A stretch of 64,000 nt of DNA from Eledone cirrhosa (Eukaryota). Below are positions 23,911 to 39,734 of the stretch, piece by piece (within the stretch, counting starts at the first letter, position 1; every line of letters begins with the position of its first letter). The stretch covers positions 311,798,001 to 311,862,000 of the forward strand of contig OZ024743.1 in NCBI GenBank assembly GCA_964016885.1, given 5' to 3'. The notes under the pieces are model-generated. The model did not search any database. It saw only the letters and a program-made list of their open reading frames with translations, and had not been told where the DNA came from. The translations under genes and the position numbers were made by a program.

Positions 23911-24750
23911 TTATAGGTACGAGTTATAAATATTCATATCCAAAACTATATATATATATATATATAACGTACCAGAGTACTCAATACTATGGGTAGTAGA
24001 GTGGGTAATAGGAAAAGAGTTAGGACCCCGACGGCTGAGATTCGGCCGTGTCGACAGCTATATAACGGCCGGAGCTCAGCCGTCGGGGTCCTGACTCGTT
24101 TTCTTTGCTGTTTTTGAGTGTTAGGTAGTTATAAAACACGGTAATCTAAAACCGATGATATTATTATAAAGTTATTTTTGGCGGTATCGGTAGAGGGTCG
24201 GACGCCATGCTTTCCAGCATAGTTACGTCCCTTTACGATCTGAGTTCAAATCCCGCCGAGGTTGACTTTGCCTTTCATCCTTACGGGGTCGATAAAATAA
24301 AGTACCAGTAATGCACTGGGTGATTGCTGGCCTTGTGCCTAAAGTAGAAACAATTATTATAAGTTATTTTCATTTTGTTTATATATAATTTGTTTTCGTT
24401 TTTTTTAATATATATATTACCGATTCTCTCCCGACCGGTTTTAACTGAATTACATATTTTTATTAATGTGTAATTTGGCTTGTTCCTCTTTATTCTCTTT
24501 ACATATAATAATGCATATGCTTTCAGTTCCTTAGAGGACTAACACCACACTCTGGATCTGAACATATAAATGGCTTAACAAGGTAAAATCTATTACAACA
24601 TTATGTTTTCCTGTTTTTTTCTGTTCAAGTTCTTACTGCCTGCTGAGGTCATAGCTGTTGAATAATGGCTATCACTGAAATATATAGAGCAGCGAATATG
24701 AATAAACAATAACCCTGTTGACTTACTCTTCTTGTTTTTTTATACATATC

Positions 24751-24848
<98 letters not shown>

Positions 24849-25004
24849 GAGGCACGTGCCCTAGTGGTAAGAGTGTTGGACTTACGATCATAATGTCGTG
24901 GGTTCGATTCCTGGGTTGCGTCTTGTACTCTCCGTCGCTTCACGCCATGAAATCGGGTTAATGAGCCTTCTGCTTAAGACAGACTTTAGACATTTATATA
25001 TATA

Positions 25005-25136
25005 CTAATTCACGTTCACTTCAAAATATTTTTTTAAATCATGTTCACTTAAAATATATAATGTGAAATGAAACAGGAAGACCCATGTATATACGTGTGT
25101 GTATGTATATATATATAAATGTGTGTGTGTATATAC

Positions 25137-25193
<57 letters not shown>

Positions 25194-25546
25194 GGTGTCT
25201 GTAATCTATATGCACTGGTCATAGACATACACACACATATATATATATATACACACACACTCACACATAAATATACACTATAACACCCTCTCTCTATGTC
25301 TCTCTTTCAATCTACTCTGTCACAACCACTATCTCTTCCTCTCTATCTTTCTCTCGCTTCGTTTATGAAGGTACCCGGAAAAACCCCATATTTCGGGACC
25401 CGTGGTCCGATTTACGCGAAACTTGTTTTATTCCATTTGTATTCCCATTTCAGGGGCAACTTCTTTTCAAAGTATTTTCCCATTATGCACCCTTTGGGGT
25501 TTATTGCATCGCAGACAAGCAAGCAAGCAATCACAGACTTTTAGTA

Positions 25547-25548
<2 letters not shown>
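25005..25548 (-). mobile_element. Non-autonomous Helitron-like element; second copy at 35553-36133
   Basis: The two copies share ccgatttacgcgaaacttg and cagacaagcaagcaagcaatc. On the minus strand the 35553 copy ends with hairpin accc..gggt followed by CTAG. Confidence 0.55.
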
Positions 25549-25615
<67 letters not shown>

Positions 25616-25616
25616 T

Positions 25617-25657
<41 letters not shown>

Positions 25658-25662
25658 TGTGT

Positions 25663-25740
<78 letters not shown>

Positions 25741-26889
25741 ATATATGTGTGGGGGGTATTTTTTTTATCCTGCACATTGTTGTAAATTCTTTTTATCGAA
25801 TTTTGTTTGAATGATGATGTATGGGATTGCCCGCAGTTGCTAATAAATGAAACACTCGTCGCTGTTGTAGTTATCGTTATTTGCTGACGTCTTTAGTCCT
25901 AGGGAAGAAATTTACCACGTTTACTTGGAAAAATGAAAAAAATTGACAGAAGTTTCTATTTTACTATTTTGCCAGCAAAATACATGTAAAAGTGGTGACA
26001 ACGCAAATTATAACAAAACCAATGACAACGGTTTTGCTAATATTGCGTGCCAAAGTGGAAGAGATATGTTTAACCTTCTTCGCATTGCTCAGCTATGAAG
26101 ATAAATATATGTTCTTGGACATAATATTTATTTTGATTTTTGCAAACATGCTAGTTCTTTAAGATGACCAAAGGTGTCAGCAATGGATGTACACGAAAAG
26201 AAACGATAAATGTAAAGAGAAACATTGTTGTAAAGAGAAACATTTACATTTTAGCAAATGTAAAAGTGGTGACAACGCAAATTATAACAAAAGCAATGAC
26301 AACAGCTTTGCTAATATTGCGTGCCAAAGGGGAAGAGATATGTCGCAAAAGATTTTTCCTCTTTGTTCATCGAGGGAAAAACAGATAGAAAGTAACATAC
26401 CTTTGTTTCTTAAACAAAGGTGTCTTCCATATGCCTTCGAGGAAGCAATTAAAGGAAACCTCGGTCGTTCTTGGTTCACCTTGTTTTGTTTGTATAACAA
26501 TGATATATGTACACTCCCATAAGTCTTTACAATCCTTTCTAGTGCATGTTGTTGTAGCATGAATCGACACTTGTGGCAAAATAAAAAATATATTATTGGT
26601 GGTGGTGACGATGTGGTGGTGTTGTGGTGGTGGTGGTGGTAGGGGGATATAATGTTTTTTAACAGAATCGTTAGAGCATCGAACAAAATATTTTGCGTTA
26701 TTTGTTCCGATGCTTCACGTTCTGAATTCTAATCCCGCTAACGTCAACTTTGCCTTTCTGGAGTCGATAAAATAAGATACCAGTCAAATTCTGGGGAACG
26801 ATATATTCCACTTATCCTCCCGTTAAAATTGCTGGCCATATCTAAATTAGAACTCTTCTTCTTCTTCTGGCCATATCTAAATTAGAACT

Positions 26890-27034
26890 CTTCTTCTTCT
26901 TCTTCTTCTTCTTCTTCTTCTTCTTCTTCTTCTTCTTCTTCTTCTTCTTCTTCTTCTTCTTCTTCTTCTTCTTCTTCTTCTTCTTCTTCTTCTTCTTCTT
27001 CTTCTTCTTCTTCTTCTTCTTCTTCTTCTTCTTC
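26890..27034. repeat. (TTC)n microsatellite; (GAA)n also at 30370-30446
   Basis: Direct inspection. Confidence 0.95.
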
Positions 27035-27768
27035 TCACCTCGAGTCTTTAAGTGGAAATATAAACTATATCAATTGTTTAATTATTTTTACTCTTTTGAG
27101 TGAAAAAGGACATGTGGCTAGAATGTCTTAGGAAAGAATCACTGGACAGATTTTACATGCAAAACCAACCGGCAAGAGACCCAGGGGTAGACTCGAGCAA
27201 GATGGTTGAATTGGTAAACGGAAAAGAAATGCTGACAAATTGTTCCCAGTGAAAAATAGTTTAATTAGGAATAAGTAAAAATTAGTAATAGTATTGGTTA
27301 GTATTCAGTTTTGGTTTTAAGTTTTACCGGTTGCGCATTTCTAATGCTTTTCAAAAATAATTTTGAGATAGAGCGCCCGTGATGTTTGCTCTAATCTGAT
27401 TAGTTTTGGAAATTCTACCTGTTTTTATGTGAAAAAAGTGGCTCCAGATGTATTAAAATAAGTTTCGCGCCAATTCGTGTTGCAAACATTCTTGTGGTCA
27501 AAACAATTTTGATTGGTCGGTGTGTGTGTGTAGTAGTAGTAGTAGTAGTAAAGAGGTTCGTTGTTGTGATAATAGTCAGCAGGGATGTGTGTGCGAACCG
27601 CAGCCTGTTGACAGTTCAAATGCCTATTAAGACAAGTGTGTGTGTGTGTGTGTGTGTGTAGCAGAGTAATTCGTGCTAGAGGGATGGTCAGTAGGAATGT
27701 GTCTGTACGTGTGTAGGGGATATTTTAACATGTTAAAAGATATTTTTCAGCTCTTGTCTTATACGGAG

Positions 27769-27830
<62 letters not shown>

Positions 27831-28298
27831 GTACGCGTGTGTGAGTGTGTGTATATATGTGTGTGTGTGTGTGGACAAGTATTTTTGTGATACTGGTAAA
27901 AATGGTGTACATTATTCGATATTTTCAGTAAAAACGATTCTCTCAATAGAACATCAAAAACCTTAATAATAAAAGGTGTGAAATGATATATAGTATTGGC
28001 ATAATACCAAGGTGTGTGTGAGTGTCCACTGCAAGGGGAATCCATTAGGCCTTGCCGTATTGGAATACTTGTGTAAAAATATGTATGTGCCCATCAGTGT
28101 GCAATGCATGTGTTCGTATATGTATGTGTGTGTGTCGGCACGTTTATATCTATAGACATCAAAAGGTATGCAAATTTGTGTATATTTGTGTTGCACCATA
28201 GAACATGTGTGTTTACGTATGTCATTGTGTTTATATGTGGATAGAGATGTATGCTGATGTAGGTATGTATGTTGACGTGTGTATGTTGTGGGTTCGTC

Positions 28299-30104
28299 TT
28301 AAGGAGAAGTGTTTAGACGGGGTCCGTATTTGTTAATAAAGTGAGATTCCTTGCTGATGCGCAGGGTGTGGGTGGCATTATCTTTAAATTTGTAGAGGGG
28401 AAAGATTCTGAAGTTGGGATGATTTTGGGCGCCACAGGTATCAATGTGTTCACTCAGTGGTATCTTCCTGTATTCCCGTATTTTAATTTAGGATCTATGG
28501 ACAGTCATGCGTTGGCGGAGGCTGTTTTTGGTCTGGCCTATGTATTGTTCTCGACAACCTGAGCAAGTTAATACATATATTAGATTTTCTGATGCGCATG
28601 TGAAATTGTGTTTTACTATAAAACGTTGTCCTTCTTTGAAATAGAATTCCGAACCCTCTATTAGGTTGATGCATATGCCACAGTTGGGTCTATCGCATTT
28701 TTTTACTGTGGGTTTCGTTGTTGTGGTTGGCAGTACTTTGGCATGTGTTAGGATGTTTTTCATTGACTTAGATTGTCTTTTGCTCTTTATGATATCGTGT
28801 GTTCGTAGGATTTGGTTCATTCTATGGTCCTTTTTCAACACAGGGATGTTCTGGAGGATGGTGTCAAAGGCCTCATTGTTGAGGGGGTTGTGTGTGGAGA
28901 TGTATGGAAGAGCTTTTAGTTTCGGTTGATTTACTTTAGGGTGTCTAAGGTCCTGGGTACTGAATTTTAGGGCACGTTGGATTCCATTGTCAATTAGTGA
29001 TGCAGGGTAGTCCCTGCCTATGAGTGTGTCCTTTAGTTCTTGTAGCCGTAAGTAGCAGGTGTTTTTATTGGAGACTATAGTACAGATTGGCTAAGTTGTA
29101 GGGAATATTAATTTTAACGTGTCTAGGGTGGCAAGAGTTGAAAGGAAGATATTGCTTGGAGTCTGTGGGCTTGTAGTATATGTCTGTTTCTATTTTTTGT
29201 TATGAATCTTAATGAGGATGTCGAGGAAGGGGAGTTGTTGATGGCTGTATTCCATCGTGAAGTTAATATTCGTGTTGAGCCCATTTATAAGGGTGTGAAA
29301 TTCTTTAAGTTTCTCGATGTTTTCGTGCCAAAGGATGAAGCAGTCATCTCGATATCGCTTCCAGTTCCTTTCTATGTGTAAGTGGAGAGTGTTTCCAAAT
29401 TTGTTTAGGACTTTAGTGTAGAGGGTGATTTCCAGGTATCCCATGACTAGGTTGGCATAAGTGGGGGCTGTTTTCGTTCCCATAGCGGTCCCAGATTTCT
29501 GCCTGTAGGGTTTGTTATTGAAAACGAAGTAATTGTTCTCCAAGATAAATTTGAGTCCCTCTATCACGAATTCTTTTTTGATGCGTTGTGGGAGTTCATT
29601 GTGGTAATTATCCAGCCAAAATTGGATAGCTTCTATTCCTAGGTTGTGGGGGATGTTGGAGTATAGGTTGACTACATCGAACTTCACTAGTAGGGTTTGT
29701 TCAAAAAGGAGCATATTAGGGAGTTGATTGAGCATATCTAGGTCGTCCCTTATATAGCTTTTGATGTGTTTGAGAAAAGGCTTGAGAAGGGTATCAATGA
29801 AGTTGCTAAGGCGGTGGGTTTCGCAAGCGGGGCCTGCTATTATAGGTCTTAATTTGAGATCATTGGGTGAGGGGACATTGATTACTATGTCTGTGGCTTC
29901 CTTGCATGCCTTACTTATTAATTCGCTTTTATGTACTTTAGGGATACCGTAGAAAAGGCTGGATTTACTTGTGAAGTCTGTGATGAAGCTGAATTCCTTG
30001 TTAGTGAGTCCTTCTTTGTATTGGTTGATCAGAGTTTTTAGGTTTCTCGTAATTTTCTGTTGATTGTAGTGTTCAGCCTTTTCGTTGTATGTTTCGTTTT
30101 CCAA
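28299..30104 (-). pseudogene. Neptune-like PLE RT, Cys linker and GIY-YIG, disrupted by stops and frameshifts; GT-rich 3' UTR extends to about 27430
   Basis: FYGIPKVHK, LRPIIAGP, FDVVNLYSNIPH, QKSGTAMGT, RYRDDCF, LPFLDI, then CDRPNCGIC and FTCASENLIYVLTCSGCREQYIGQT..LRQRM..H. Confidence 0.9.
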
Positions 30105-30369
30105 AGTGGAGGGCGCTAAGTTGATATAGAATTTGCGTGTTTAAATTTATATATAATCAAGGTTTAGCAAATAAGAAAAAGTTTTTAAATAAATTTTAAA
30201 AAATTCACTGTACCTGCTATAGTTACCTTTACCGTACGGTTTCGAGTCTCAAAAATAAATGGAAAGTCATATATGGATCAGTTAGAGGCACCTGCTTTTG
30301 ACAAGTCCCGTTGGAGAGAGTGTTTGAGGACTCTACCCCCACGACCCTCTCATGAATATGTGCGCGAAT

Positions 30370-30400
<31 letters not shown>

Positions 30401-30774
30401 AGAAGAAGAAGAAGAAGAAGAAGAAGAAGAAGAAGAAGAAGAAGAAATGTTAATGAAAAAATGATGTATTTTATAAAAATAATCCCCAGAAAGTGTGTGG
30501 CCCTAAGCTATAGCTTATAGGTAAGTCCAGCACTGGGACTTGCCCATCTTTTTGCGAGGGCGATGATATATAGAGACCATCTGACCGTCGCGGGAAGAAA
30601 GAAAATTGTCATCAGACAAAAATTGAGTTAATGTGATGTTCTCGGTGGAAGATAAGTGGTACAATCACTATTTTCTTTTATCATTTATTTCACTTGGCGT
30701 GTTTAAATTTAAAATATAAAAATGATGCATGAAAGAAAAAAGTATGACACGCTACTTACAAAGAAGAGAATAAA

Positions 30775-31260
30775 CAGTAAGATCTTTGCCAGCCGCTCTC
30801 CAGCTATCTATTTCAAGCTGTATATAGCTATGGTGCGTCTACACTTAGAATGTGCATCATCAGTCTGGGACCCCTATCTTTCTCAGAGTATTGATCTCCT
30901 GGAAACTGTTCAGAGACGTGCAACCAAGCGAATACCCTCCATCAGGCATCTACCATACTCTGAACGCCTCGCTTCACTAGGCATTGATACATTAAAGCTC
31001 CGACGTCTGGCAACTGACTTGGTAAACACCCAAAAAATTATTAACCATCTTGCCAACAACAACTCTGAGCAGCTCTTTGAGTTCCATGTGTCTAACACCC
31101 GTGGGCATGCTTACAAAATCAGAAAACAGTACAGATCCCATGACTTCGGAATCATTTTTTCACGCTGAACCATGGAACAAACTACCTGCATCAGTTATTA
31201 GCTGTCGGGACACTTCAAAATTTCCATGCTTCCCGAAATTCGCCAACACTACACGTAATA
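30775..31260 (+). pseudogene. CR1/L2-group LINE 3' end fragment
   Basis: LYIAMVRLHLECASSVWDPY...LETVQRRATK...YSERL..L..L..RR..DL, and TRGHAYK. Confidence 0.85.
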
Positions 31261-34200
31261 TCTCCCTCCATACACACGCACGCATGTGTCTGTGTATGTA
31301 TGTGTGTATATCATTACTCATACACTGTTCACTTTCCTGATATTTGTACATTATTCTCTGTCTTATACATGCACATTTGATGAGTTGTAGTGCACCTGAG
31401 CACTGTACACAATAATTTTCCCTATCATTATTATTGAGAATCCCGCCAAGGTCATCCCTTGACTACACATATTGTAAACCAAGTAATACTAAATGGTATC
31501 ATTATTTGGCAGAATAGGTAGAGAGTCGGACGCCATGCTTTCCAGCATAGTTACGTCCCTTTACAATCTGAGTTCAAATCCCGCCGAGGTTAACTTTGCC
31601 TTTCATCCTTACGGGGTCGATAAAATAAAGTACCAGTAATGTACTGAGTAATTGCTGGCCTTGTGCCTAAAGTAGAAACAATTATTATTGAGAATGCGCT
31701 AGTGAGGCCATCGAGAGGGATTATAATTTTAAAAAACTATCATCTTTTTCATGACAACCTGTAAAAGGAGAACTTTATGCAAAGTCATTTTTTATCTTAC
31801 TAACAATGGTACGGTTTTACTACAAACAGAAATTTTAATCTAAAAATGTTGCTGTCGTTATAGAAAAGAAATTGATATGTTGGTTCACGTAATGCGCAAA
31901 TTCTATTGTTTAATGAAATAAACTAAGTATGAATATAACATAAGAGATCTGTTTGGGGACGAAAAGAGATAACGTAAAGTTTATATAGAGAAAGTGGTTA
32001 GAACTAATATTACAGCTGCAAATGTTAGTGTTTCTTTGATTTCATATTGTTCCCATTTCTGCTCAACATTTGACTGTTATGGCAAAAGAACAAAAAACGG
32101 AAAAGATAATCTCAGACAAATATAAAGAATGGTGTGTTCATGCGCGGGAATTATATAAAATCGAATAGGCTACTTTATCGGTCCCGGTAAAATAAACAAA
32201 CATGCTTTTTAAGTTTATTTTACCGGTCTCCGGTAAATATAAATAGTTGGGTTTGGGTTAGGGTTAGGGTTAGGGTTTAAATTGTTTTAATAATTGATGG
32301 TGAAAATAAATAAACCCTGAGTTTTGTTATTTTTAACATTCCATGCCTTCATAATAATCGTTTCTGATTTAGGCACAATGTCAAAAATTTGGGGGAGGGG
32401 GAAAAGTCAATTAAATCGACCCCAGTGCATTATTGGTGCTTTGTTTTATCGACCCCGAAGGATGAAAGGCAAAGCTTCTAATTTGATAAATTTCCTAAAC
32501 ATCTGACGCAATATGCTACACACTTAAAATCTGAACTTTAGCTTAAAATACGCGTCTCCCTCACCATCCTCCGAGGAAATGCCTTCTCTATTCTGTCCGC
32601 CGGTGGCGCGAGGTGGCCAGTGTGTGGGCCCCCATTTGCTTATAATAGTGAGAGATGGGGAGAGTGAGAGGGACGGAAGCAGTGACAATGGGAATTTGAT
32701 TCCATTATTGACAGTATCGGTCGAGGGTCGGACGCCATGCTTTCCAGCATAGTTACGTCCCTTTACGATCTGAGTTCAAATCCCGCCGAGGTTGACTTTG
32801 CCTTTCATCCTTACGGGGTTGATAAAATAAAGTACCAGTAATGCACTGGGTAATGGCTGGCCTTGTGTTTTAGAAAGTGAGAAAGAGGTTGATCCGAAGA
32901 GGGAGAGAAAATGATTGAAGGGTGATTAAGGGGGAAATATATCATTTTAAGTTACAAGAGAAATGTTCTATATTGTCATTTCAGAAAATGACATAAGAGC
33001 TGTCAGTTTTTCTGTTCCTTTTTGAACTACTCACAGGCAGCTGCGCCGACTCATTAATGTATATTGCAGGATTATAATTGTTTCTACTTTTGGCACAAGG
33101 CCAGCAATTACCCATTGTATTACTGGTACTTTATTTTATCGACCCCGTTAAGATGAAAGGCAAAGTTAACCTCGGCGGGATTTGAACTCAGATCATGAAG
33201 GGCCATAACTCTATGCTGCAAAGCATGGCGTCCGACCCTCAACAGGATTATAATGACAGTTTGTCCATCTGGTCTGATAGGGGTGATTATTCTCTGATGT
33301 GGATAATGATATCTGAATCGCATAAAAATAAAAATGTTTTTTCTGTGTACGAGGAAATAGTTTTAAATGGATACACTTCACACGTCATTCTTTTCACAAT
33401 GAAGACTTCTAATTCAGGAACGGCATTTATATCCATCTAAAAAATCTTAAAATATAAGCTGTTCTTTTACCATATATATTCATTATATTTGTCTCATATT
33501 TGTATCATTTATATCTATATTATATTATAGGTAGTGCTCGATTTACCTATAAGCTAGCTTGATGCCACACACTTACGGGAGCCTCATTTTCTTTTAAATA
33601 TATTTTTGTGTTTATTTACGACATTTGTAAAGTTATTCTGAAAGAATTGTGTGCAATTTGTAATGTTATTTATGTATATTTGTAATATTATTTATATAAC
33701 TGTGAATAAGACTCTGTTCTATTTTCATTTAAAAACTTTATTCCAGAAGTACACTGGCAATATTCTAATCATCTGTATCTCAAGGTTGCATGAGAACTAA
33801 TTTTATTAAGAGGCCAAAACTACCGAAGTGCACGAAACTTGTCCAGATCCATCTTATAATAACATTATAACGTAATAAACATATATAATAAATACAATTA
33901 TTTATTGCTAGGAACCTCACAAATATAATGAACTAAAATACACGATCAAAGCGAGAGAAAAGGGAAAGGAAAGAAAAAAACAAGCAAACAAAAAACGACC
34001 ATCACTTTACCCCCAATCGTGACAATCAGCCACACACCACAGAGTCAACGGAGATTTTGAGGCAAGCCAACACGCTCGCACCGCGAGTGAAGGCAAGGCA
34101 AATGCGCTGAACCAACCAGGCACCCTCACGGGCATCACCTGACACCTTGATAAGGCGAGCCTATCATTAGTTTTTATTCTTTTACTCTAAATCATAAAAA

Positions 34201-34958
34201 ATTAGGGCTTCAAATTTCATATAGCTAAGACCCTCATTGGGTGAAAGTTCGGCCCTGATTAGAGGCATTCGACGACCTTCGAAGTCTTTTTTTCTTCAGG
34301 AAAAATATCTTACACTTTACTCTCATGTATAGAGTGCTCAATCAGATAATGTTTGTACGTATTATTGGATTGGCAGTATCGATAGAGGGTCGGACGTCAT
34401 GCTTTGCAGCAAAGAGTTACGGCCCTTTATGGTCTGAGTTCAAATCCCGCCGAGGTTAACTTTGCCTTTCATCCTTACGGGGTCGATAAAATAAAGTACC
34501 AGTAATACACTGGGATAATTGCTGGCCTTGTGCCAAAAGTAGAAACAATTATATTGTACACTAGTAGAGCAGTGGATTGGCAGAATCGGTAGAGCGTTAG
34601 ACACCCTGTTTTTGCAGCATAGAGTTGTAGCCCTTTACATTCTGAGTTCAAATTCCGAGGTTAGCTTTGCCTTTCATCCTTACAGGGTTGATAAAATAAG
34701 CACCAGTAATGCACTGGAGTCGATATAATCGACTTTCCCTTCATTGTACACTAGAATTTAAAACAGTCACATCAACATCAATATATTGATGATAAAGTGA
34801 TATATATTTATCGGTGATTTCAGGTCAAAAATTTCCTTCTATATCGAAATTGCACCGTGAAACATTTTGTAAAGAATAAACAATGTTGATAAGTGTGTTT
34901 TGATTCTCCTCTACAAATTTGTGTTTGTATATATATAGAGAGAGATATATACAAACAC

Positions 34959-35026
<68 letters not shown>

Positions 35027-35221
35027 CGAGTAGGACCCCGACAGCTGAGCTCAAGCCGTTTCGACGGCTAATTCTGGACTCTAATTCGTCCAGAATTAGC
35101 CGTCGAAACGGCTTGAGCTCATCCGTCGGGGTCCTACTCGTTCCTATTACCCACTCTACTACCCTAAGTATTGAGTACTTTGGTGCGTTATGGTCCATCT
35201 GGTTCCTTACCATATTTCCTT

Positions 35222-35294
<73 letters not shown>

Positions 35295-35296
35295 AT

Positions 35297-35538
35297 CGTT
35301 CTGAATTTGTTTAGCAAGATTCTTTATCTGAAAACGTGTGTTGAAACCGATATTGTTATGCTTTGGGAGGGTCACGTTGCCAATAAGAAACACACGCACC
35401 AGTTGCTTTCACTCCAATTTATCATAAATTAAATGTATAAATTTAAGAATTTATAAATTTAATGTATAATAAATTAGAGTGAAAGCAACTGGTGCGTGTG
35501 TTTCTTATTGGCAACATGACCCTCCCAAAGCATAACAA
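35297..35538. repeat. Outward-facing inverted pair of PLE tail fragments (same family as 59817-60245 and 63271-64000)
   Basis: gggagggtca.gttgccaataagaaacacacgcaccagttgctttcact occurs in both orientations, TA-flanked. Confidence 0.8.
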
Positions 35539-35647
35539 TATATATATATATATACTAGACCACCCGTGACGCATTGGGTCACGTTCACTTCAAAATAATT
35601 TTTAAATAATAAAATATACACAGACATGTATATAATGTGATATGAAA

Positions 35648-35690
<43 letters not shown>

Positions 35691-36132
35691 CGTGTGTAAA
35701 TGTGTGTATGTATATACATATATACATGTAAATATATGGGTGTCTGTGATCTATATACACTGGTCATAGACACACACACGTTCACACGTATATATATATA
35801 TATATACACAACAAGACCACCAGCTCTTTTTCGCTCCCTCTCTCTCTATCTCTCTCTCTCTTCCATTCTCCTTCTCTGTCTCCTTTCCCTCTCTCTATGT
35901 CTCTCTTTCAATCTACTCTCACACAGCCACTATCTCCTCTCTCTCTGTTTACGAAGGTACTCAGAAAAAAGCCATATCTCGGGAACCCGTCCTCCGATTT
36001 ACGCGAAACTTGTTTTATTTAATTTGTATTCGCATTCCAGGGTCAACTTCGTTTCAAAATATTTACCCATTATGCGCTCTTTTGGCTGTATTACATTACA
36101 GACAAGCAAGCAAGCAATCGCAGACTTTTAGT

Positions 36133-36185
<53 letters not shown>

Positions 36186-36186
36186 G

Positions 36187-36312
<126 letters not shown>

Positions 36313-36363
36313 CTGCTATTATATCAGATGTACAGGCAACTATATATATCGCAGACTTTTAGT

Positions 36364-36438
<75 letters not shown>

Positions 36439-36482
36439 TATTATATTTTTAAACCCACTGCTATTATATCAGGTGTACAGGC

Positions 36483-36617
<135 letters not shown>

Positions 36618-36796
36618 CGCTCTGTGTTTATGTCTGCCTTTCCAATGTCTTCTCCCTAAAACCAATCTACCTTTTCTTCAGACCAGTATTTAAACACATT
36701 GAGCTAATTCTGAAACTACTTAACAATTATATACTATAATATATAATTTCTTTGTATACATTTGAGTTAGACATATATTTTTACCTTTGCTATAGC

Positions 36797-36893
<97 letters not shown>

Positions 36894-37030
36894 TGTGTGT
36901 GTGTGTATAATTGGAGGCACACATTTCTCTTTCTCTTCTCTCTCTCTCTCTCTATATATATATGTCTATATATGTCTATATATATATATATATATATGTA
37001 TATAAATATATATATATATTTGTGCGTGTG

Positions 37031-37089
<59 letters not shown>

Positions 37090-37189
37090 ATATATATATA
37101 TATATAGAAAAGTCACCCACTCTACTACCCTAAGTATTGAGTACTCTGGTGCGTTATGGTCCACCTGGTTCCTTACCACAATTCCCTCG

Positions 37190-37266
<77 letters not shown>

Positions 37267-37349
37267 CCTGCACATCCGATATAATAAGCAGTGGGTTTAA
37301 AAATAGATGTAATCAATAAAAAAAATGGGGACATGCAAAAATGAATAGA

Positions 37350-37417
<68 letters not shown>

Positions 37418-37560
37418 TAAGAATAGATAGGAGCGAGAGAGAATCAGTAGGAACAGATCAGACATAATCGTCCCTTTTCTTTGCTTGTTTCTTAATTACT
37501 ATAATAATCACCTGATTATCTCAATCACACGCGTGTGTGTGTATGTATATCATTATACAT

Positions 37561-37684
<124 letters not shown>

Positions 37685-38189
37685 GTACGGTATATTTATA
37701 TATTTAATGTATCTATACATATATATATATATATACATGTGTGTGTGTGTGTGTGTTTCAGCGTTCATGTACATATGCAGACGACAGGCGTCTATTTTGG
37801 GACCAAGCCTCTCTTATGATGAGCTGTATGACAATCAAAAATGTAAAGAAATTCAAAACAAAAGAATGAGAAGAAATGCCTTTCAGAAACTAAGATAAAG
37901 TATTCAGTGAGTTACTAAGTTAATTAGTCAGCTGGTAGCTAAGGAACAGATACGTTGGACATCACTTGATTGCCATACAACAAATTGTCGCCTAGTCATC
38001 CCATTAGTTAAGCCATCTACCCACACAGCTACCCAGCCAGCCAGCCAACAACTAGCCACAACCAGCAATAACCACCTAACCACCTTAGTTCGTTCAGCTC
38101 ATCGTCATCTCAATCATTCGACTTACCCATTGAACTAATTATCTAACCAATTATCTCACCAGTCAACCAAACCTCTATCTATTTATCTA

Positions 38190-39090
38190 TCACCTCGAGT
38201 GCCTTCAAGCGCTCACAGCCCTCTACCAAACGGCAATCAGCGGAGGCTCCACTTCGACATTCTATAGGGGAAACTCTAGGCATCGAGGAAGACGAACTGA
38301 CCAGTCTGTTCGGGAGGACTTTCGTCCAGGGCCTATGGAAAACTTCCAGAGGTCTCTTGCCTGGCAGTGCTACCGAGGAGCTCTACCAGTTCGAGACAAA
38401 ATCTACAGGCATAGACGCCTTGGCAGAGATCCTGCCAAAAGTACCTGTCCAAGATGTAAGCAGGACATCGAAACCGTTCTGCACGCAATTGTTCAGTGCC
38501 CAGGGGTGACCGACCTGTGGAATTATGTCGAACAGCTACTGTCACGTGTAGGACGCATCCAGTTGTCAGCCGAGTCCATCGTGAGGATCACCCCGCCGCC
38601 TTCATTTAAGAATGAAGGAGAGGCGGTCTTCCTCTGTCTGGTGGCTATGGCGAAAGAGGTTATATAGTGGACGAGGTTAAAAGGACTGAGGGCAAGCACC
38701 TTTCTCTCCGGACAACAACTCATCCCCTTCTTTAAGTACCACTTCAGAAGGAAGGTGAGAGTGGAGAGAGAGGTGAGTGAATGTGACGAAAATGGCCCGA
38801 GTGAATGGGCCTTCTCTGTATATAAACCTGTAGGTTGAGGAAGATAACAGAAGGAAGACGGGAACACCTACAAAACATGTTCCTGGTGTTGAGGGTTGTT
38901 CTATCCACGGGGTGTAAAACAACCCCGCAGTAGCGTTATCCCCCCCTCCCCCTAATGGGGATTTCACTTGTTTTATTTTTATATAGTTTATTGTTATTTA
39001 TCATTGTTAAAGATTTTATGTAAAACCCCCGCCGTCACGTCTTGTAATGTCCTATTTTTGTACGCCCCTGTGGCAAATAAAGAAAGATAT
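38190..39090 (+). pseudogene. Tx1/L1-clade LINE 3' end with zf-RVT-like motif; short 3' end also at 40228-40310
   Basis: LAWQCYRGALPVRDK...CPRCKQDIETVLHAIVQC...LW. Ends with aataaagaaa followed by (atct)n. Confidence 0.8.
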
Positions 39091-39642
39091 CTATCTAGCC
39101 GGCTGGCTAGCCATCAACTATCCCATCTACTCATAAAACCAGCTAACCATCCTGTCTAGTCATAACCGATCTAACAATTCCAGTCATTCAACTAGTCATC
39201 TCACTAGCCAACCATCCCACCAGCCAACCAAACCTTTATCCATCTACCCAACCAGCCAGCTACCTAGCCGTCTAACCACCTAACCATCCCGCCTAACCAT
39301 CTAAGTAGCTAATCAACCCAATTACTCAACTATCCAATCAGCCAACCAAACCTCTATCCATTTATTCGATCGGTCAGCCTGCAATTTCCCATCAAAGCCA
39401 TTGACCATCCCAACCACTCAACTACCATCTAACCAATGACCTTACCATTCAACTAAACCTCCACCCATATGAATATATCCACCAACCACCTATGCATCCA
39501 GACAGAAATTGCTGGTAAGTATACAAACCCGCCAGCCAGCCATCTAAACCAGTTAACTAACCATTAGTCCGCCAGCCAGCCAGATAGCCATCTAAACTGG
39601 CTAACCATCCGACCAACCCACCTGTCATTATCTCTCTCTCTC

Positions 39643-39734
<92 letters not shown>

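Noticed and set aside
24846-24920. tRNA gene
   Set aside because: tRNA-like A and B boxes continue into SINE body sequence, and other copies show it is a SINE head.
27420-28298. Hammerhead in the Neptune-like PLE 3' UTR
   Set aside because: A GAAAC after a short stem is visible at about 27462-27480 (-), but I could not find a matching core or stem I.
32249-32278. (TTAGGG)3 as a telomere or telomere-capping PLE junction
   Set aside because: Only about three repeats next to a small hairpin element, not adjacent to any PLE end.
37762-37905. Possible host exons (tttcag...gtgagt here; AG|gtaaga at about 41103; 42720-42970 on the minus strand)
   Set aside because: Splice-like signals only. No recognisable protein, in-frame stops, and no linkable gene model without RNA-seq.
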